From: Phoronis australis
Lineage: Eukaryota > Animalia > Phoronida
Direction of reading: 5' to 3'
NCBI GenBank assembly: GCA_002633005.1
Contig: NMRA01000105.1
Location: 248,001-312,000 of the forward strand
DNA length: 64,000 nucleotides
Made by a program: the position numbers and the translations under genes. Positions 60,701-64,000 of this stretch are shown here, piece by piece (the stretch's first letter is position 1; each line of letters starts with the position of its first letter). The notes under the pieces are model-generated. The model did no database searches. It was not told the origin of the DNA and was given only the letters and a program-made list of their open reading frames with translations.

Positions 60701-62470
60701 CTCGTCTATCAACCAAACCGCTTTCAGGATAATTGTGAAAATTGGCATGTATGTTTTTACTAGGAAGTGGACAGCTGACGATGATTTTCCGACGAGTTCG
60801 ACTACTGTGGCACCTCCTAGTGGCAGTTTTTTTTGCGCTCATGGCTGTATCTCCTAAACCATTTGCATGATCTTTACTTAATTTAGCAAGTGTATTTATA
60901 CGATGTTGACAACGGACGTCGACGACTTTCAGATGGATCTGAATACTGATGTGCCCCCTAGTGGCAATTTTAGTTTTTTTACATTAACCAATCTGTATCT
61001 AAAAAGGTCCTCAGACAATAGATTTTCATAAAATTTTGAATGTAGGCATCTATTGGTGAGATGACGCTATCGTCCTGTTTTTGGATGGAATCAAGGTATT
61101 TTGCACCACCTAGTGGGCATTTTTACTGTTTTCTAATCTTGTTTTTTGGCGTCCACCCCTCGATCAATCAAATCATTTTAGGGATGGTTTTGAAAGTTGG
61201 CATATATGTTTTCAGTGTGAAGAGGACGTTTTATGATGGTGACTGGCTATTGTGGTGCCTCCTAGTGGTAGTTTTGTTTTGTTTTTCGCCCATAGCTGTA
61301 TATCCAAAACCCACTGCAGGATCTTTATTAAATTTAGTAAGTGAATTTATATGAAGATAACAGACGATGACTTTCAGGCGGATCGAACGGAGACTGTGCC
61401 CACAAGTAGCAATTTCATTTTGTTCCGTTTTCCTTTATTTCTCTGAAGTTCCTTAACAGATTTTTATGAAATTTGGCATTTTCCCATTTTTTTGATGGAT
61501 TGTACATTTTCGTGCCATCTAGTGGCTATTTTTTATGATACATATAAATAACCCTAAAAGCACACCATCTGCGATGCATTCGTGGGCGCATTTCAACACT
61601 CCGCGTTGCTCTTGTTTATGTTAATGTTATGCTAATAAATGTGATAAATACTTAAACCAGGCCACATACTCCACCTTCTTTGAAAAATGTCTGTTTTTGA
61701 CTAGAATACTTGGTGGATTGCTTTTTCAACATGACAAGCTTCTATTACGAATTTTTACCCTATACTCTGGACAATGTGGGGTTAGGAATTTCCTCGAACT
61801 GCATGTGTTGCTAAAAGCATGATTTATTGAAATTTATTTCTGTGTTTTTTAAGTAACTGAACAGTGCTCTGAAAATTGTGAATTTTCAAAATGTTAAATA
61901 GGATGCTTGATGGGAATTCTGGTCTGGAAGATGCATGATGGGAATTCTGGTCTGGGATAGGCATGATGGGAATTCTGGTGTGGGAGATGCATGATGGGAA
62001 TTCTGGTGTGGGAGATGCATGATGGGAATTATGGTTTGGGAGATGCTTGATGAGAATTCTGTTCTGCTTGAAAGCTAACCTTGCGCTGGAATCCTCGCGG
62101 TCTCAGCTACATCCATATCTTCACTATATTTGGCTCTGTCTCTAGGGCACTTCCAAAAGGTCACAAACTGACCTGGAACTTGAAGTGGAGAACATGGGTG
62201 CCCACCTGAACGCTTACACGTCACGTGAACAGACAGTCTACTATGCTAAGTGCTTCTCCAGTGACATCGGCCGAGGTACGTCAACATCTGCTCTTATGGA
62301 ATCACGGATGGACTATCAAAAATACTATTTCCATTAACTCTGCACATGTTTATTGCTTGATTTTTAGGCCATCTTACTTTGATCCTAGTGACTGTTGACT
62401 ATTCGGTGAAACAACAGTCTTACCTGTTGTAATGCATATATTCAGGTCATGTGGAACAATTAACAATACG

Positions 62471-62513
<43 letters not shown>

Positions 62514-64000
62514 ACGCACCACCTTGCCAGATTATAAAAAAGAATGTATTTTCGTCACTGATCCATCAAGTGAACATGGAGTGACCCATTGACCTCGTCA
62601 AGTTGTGTAAAACCTTCATCACTCTTCATCTTGTTTCAGCCGTAGAAATTCTGTCAGATATCCTCACCAACAGCACTCTCGGGGAGCAGGAGATAGAGAG
62701 AGAAAGGAGCGTCATCCTACGGGAGATGCAGGTCAGTTCACGCCGCACGCCATCATCAATATATTTGTTGGTTTTGTGTGTATAGATTATAGAACGTAAC
62801 TGGACCTTCTCATTTATATTACATTTGAATTGATCAGTAGTTTTATGGTTGACAAGTTGGCATGTCAGAAAATAACACCTGAATGGTTTTGAAACTGTCA
62901 CTTGTGGCGGACAACAAATTCTCCTGAGTTGCTGAATTCTCAGTGTAATGTAATGCTGTTATCGATCTTTTTGTGAAATGTGGAAGGTTCCAGTTACTTT
63001 TGTTATTCATTTTGCGTACTCGATTATCCACGAAACTGTGTAATGGTATGAGTGTATCCATTCTCATCTTCCTGCCTTGTTTGTTTAGTCATGGATTCAA
63101 TTCAAGAAAAATTAAATTACACACTTTCCTGTTGTTGAAAAGAGTCACTTCTGAGAAATGTTTTTCCAAATCACTTTTCAGGCTGTGAAGGGCCACTCAC
63201 TTCTTGCCCACGATCAGCACTACTTTTCTCCTGTATTATTCAATTTGTCTGTTGAAATTGTCAGTAAAGGATAATTTTGAATGTGGGTACTCTTGCTCTA
63301 CGCTAGCTGGAGATGTGCTTCATTCAGTCTTTAGATGTCCATCCTTTCGAGAGCTGTATTATGGAAAAGTTGCATTACCTGTGCGAATTAATGGCTTGTT
63401 ATGGCTCTAGTTCTTTCAGTTTTCATCTGATTTGGCTTACTCAGACATATTACCAGTACCAATGGATGCTTCTGCTTTGAAATTCCTTTATTGTCTGTTT
63501 TGTGATGTTTTTCTTCACCTGTGCTCTACTTTTCACAATACACGTTCAGGCTGGATTGCATAAAAATTTGTACTGGATAAATTTAAATTTAATTTTATGT
63601 GAAGCCAAATCATTGTTCAAAAATAGAACAGGGCGCATCATATTGCAACATCATTGGTGTTATCTTGCATGTAAACTTTAATGCAGCCGGGCCCTGGTAA
63701 TTATTACAACTTGCTTTGCTCCCCCTAGAGGCTGTTTTGTGTCTGCTAATATTGCTCCCTCTAGTGGCAGCACTTAAAAAATGACAGTCTATTGTGTCTG
63801 TGCTGCACACAATGATGGTGGTGGGCATATATCAATACATTGCTCTTGTCTCTAGTGTGATATTTGGACAACACAAATCTGGTAATTATCGCATCTTGTG
63901 TGATTTGTAGGAAGTGGAGACTAACTTACAGGAGGTTGTATTTGACCACCTTCACTCCATGGCATACCAAGGGACATCTCTGGGCCGCACCATATTGGGG
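57735..64000 (+). CDS. PMPCB: Mitochondrial-processing peptidase subunit beta (M16 peptidase; core-1-like), 3'-partial
   Basis: Exons 57735-57797 or 57803 (basic presequence [21 protein letters not shown]; two possible donors), 58888-59043 ([25 protein letters not shown]), 60015-60101 ([12 protein letters not shown]...[12 protein letters not shown], intact HxxEH zinc motif), 62146-62275 ([33 protein letters not shown]), 62640-62731, 63911-64000 ([15 protein letters not shown]...). Confidence 0.94.
57939..58041. mobile_element. Minimal member of the same P-like MITE family (perfect palindrome)
   Basis: 48-bp arms (57945-57992 / 57994-58041) nearly identical to the TIR ends at 30700/31409; extra cacagg at 57939; exact 8-bp TSD gttcgtac (57931-57938, 58042-58049). 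Confidence 0.9.
60341..61616 (+). mobile_element. Helentron-associated non-autonomous element (HINE/DINE-1-like) with internal core repeats
   Basis: 5' TT + palindrome (atgcacccac...gtggatgcat), (TCCG)n-like microsatellite, ~140-170-bp core repeats, 3' subterminal gtgggcgcat followed by gttgctcttgtt. Same ends at 23578-24255. Confidence 0.75.
61902..62067. repeat. 28-bp minisatellite, about 6 copies
   Basis: Unit gatgcatgatgggaattctggtgtggga. Confidence 0.92.
62469..62511. repeat. (CA)n microsatellite
   Basis: Direct observation. Confidence 0.95.

Noticed and set aside
57735-64000. Calling the M16 gene a non-catalytic UQCRC1
   Set aside because: The HFLEH zinc motif and distal Glu region are intact, favouring MPP-beta, though a dual core-1 role is possible.

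Overview
Intron-rich, AT-rich animal genomic DNA, invertebrate-like (the taxon is an inference). Three conserved multi-exon genes can be spliced by eye: the 3' part of PTPDC1 (+, 753-15350, including a 22-nt microexon), a complete CAPZA capping-protein alpha gene (-, 31961-18642) and the 5' part of PMPCB/MPP-beta (+, from 57735). Between the divergent CAPZA and PMPCB starts lies a ~25-kb accessory island. It holds a young 5'-truncated Tx1/L1-clade LINE with an open ORF2, a 16-bp TSD and an A-tail; a single-coding-exon LRR-Ig-TM receptor without TIR, flanked by two decayed LRR-like relics; Gypsy and LINE relics; and a Helentron-type element with ~435-bp repeats. The most unusual signals are three. 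(i) Penelope-type repeats carry a U3-A8 variant minimal hammerhead ribozyme motif (3 copies). (ii) A P-element-like MITE family (CACAGG termini, 8-bp TSDs) has two copies, both in intron 1 of housekeeping genes at the tip of the same foldback element; one is reduced to a perfect 97-bp palindrome. (iii) Rolling-circle-type elements carry arrays of CTCF-like motifs. Everything was read manually; no database searches were run.
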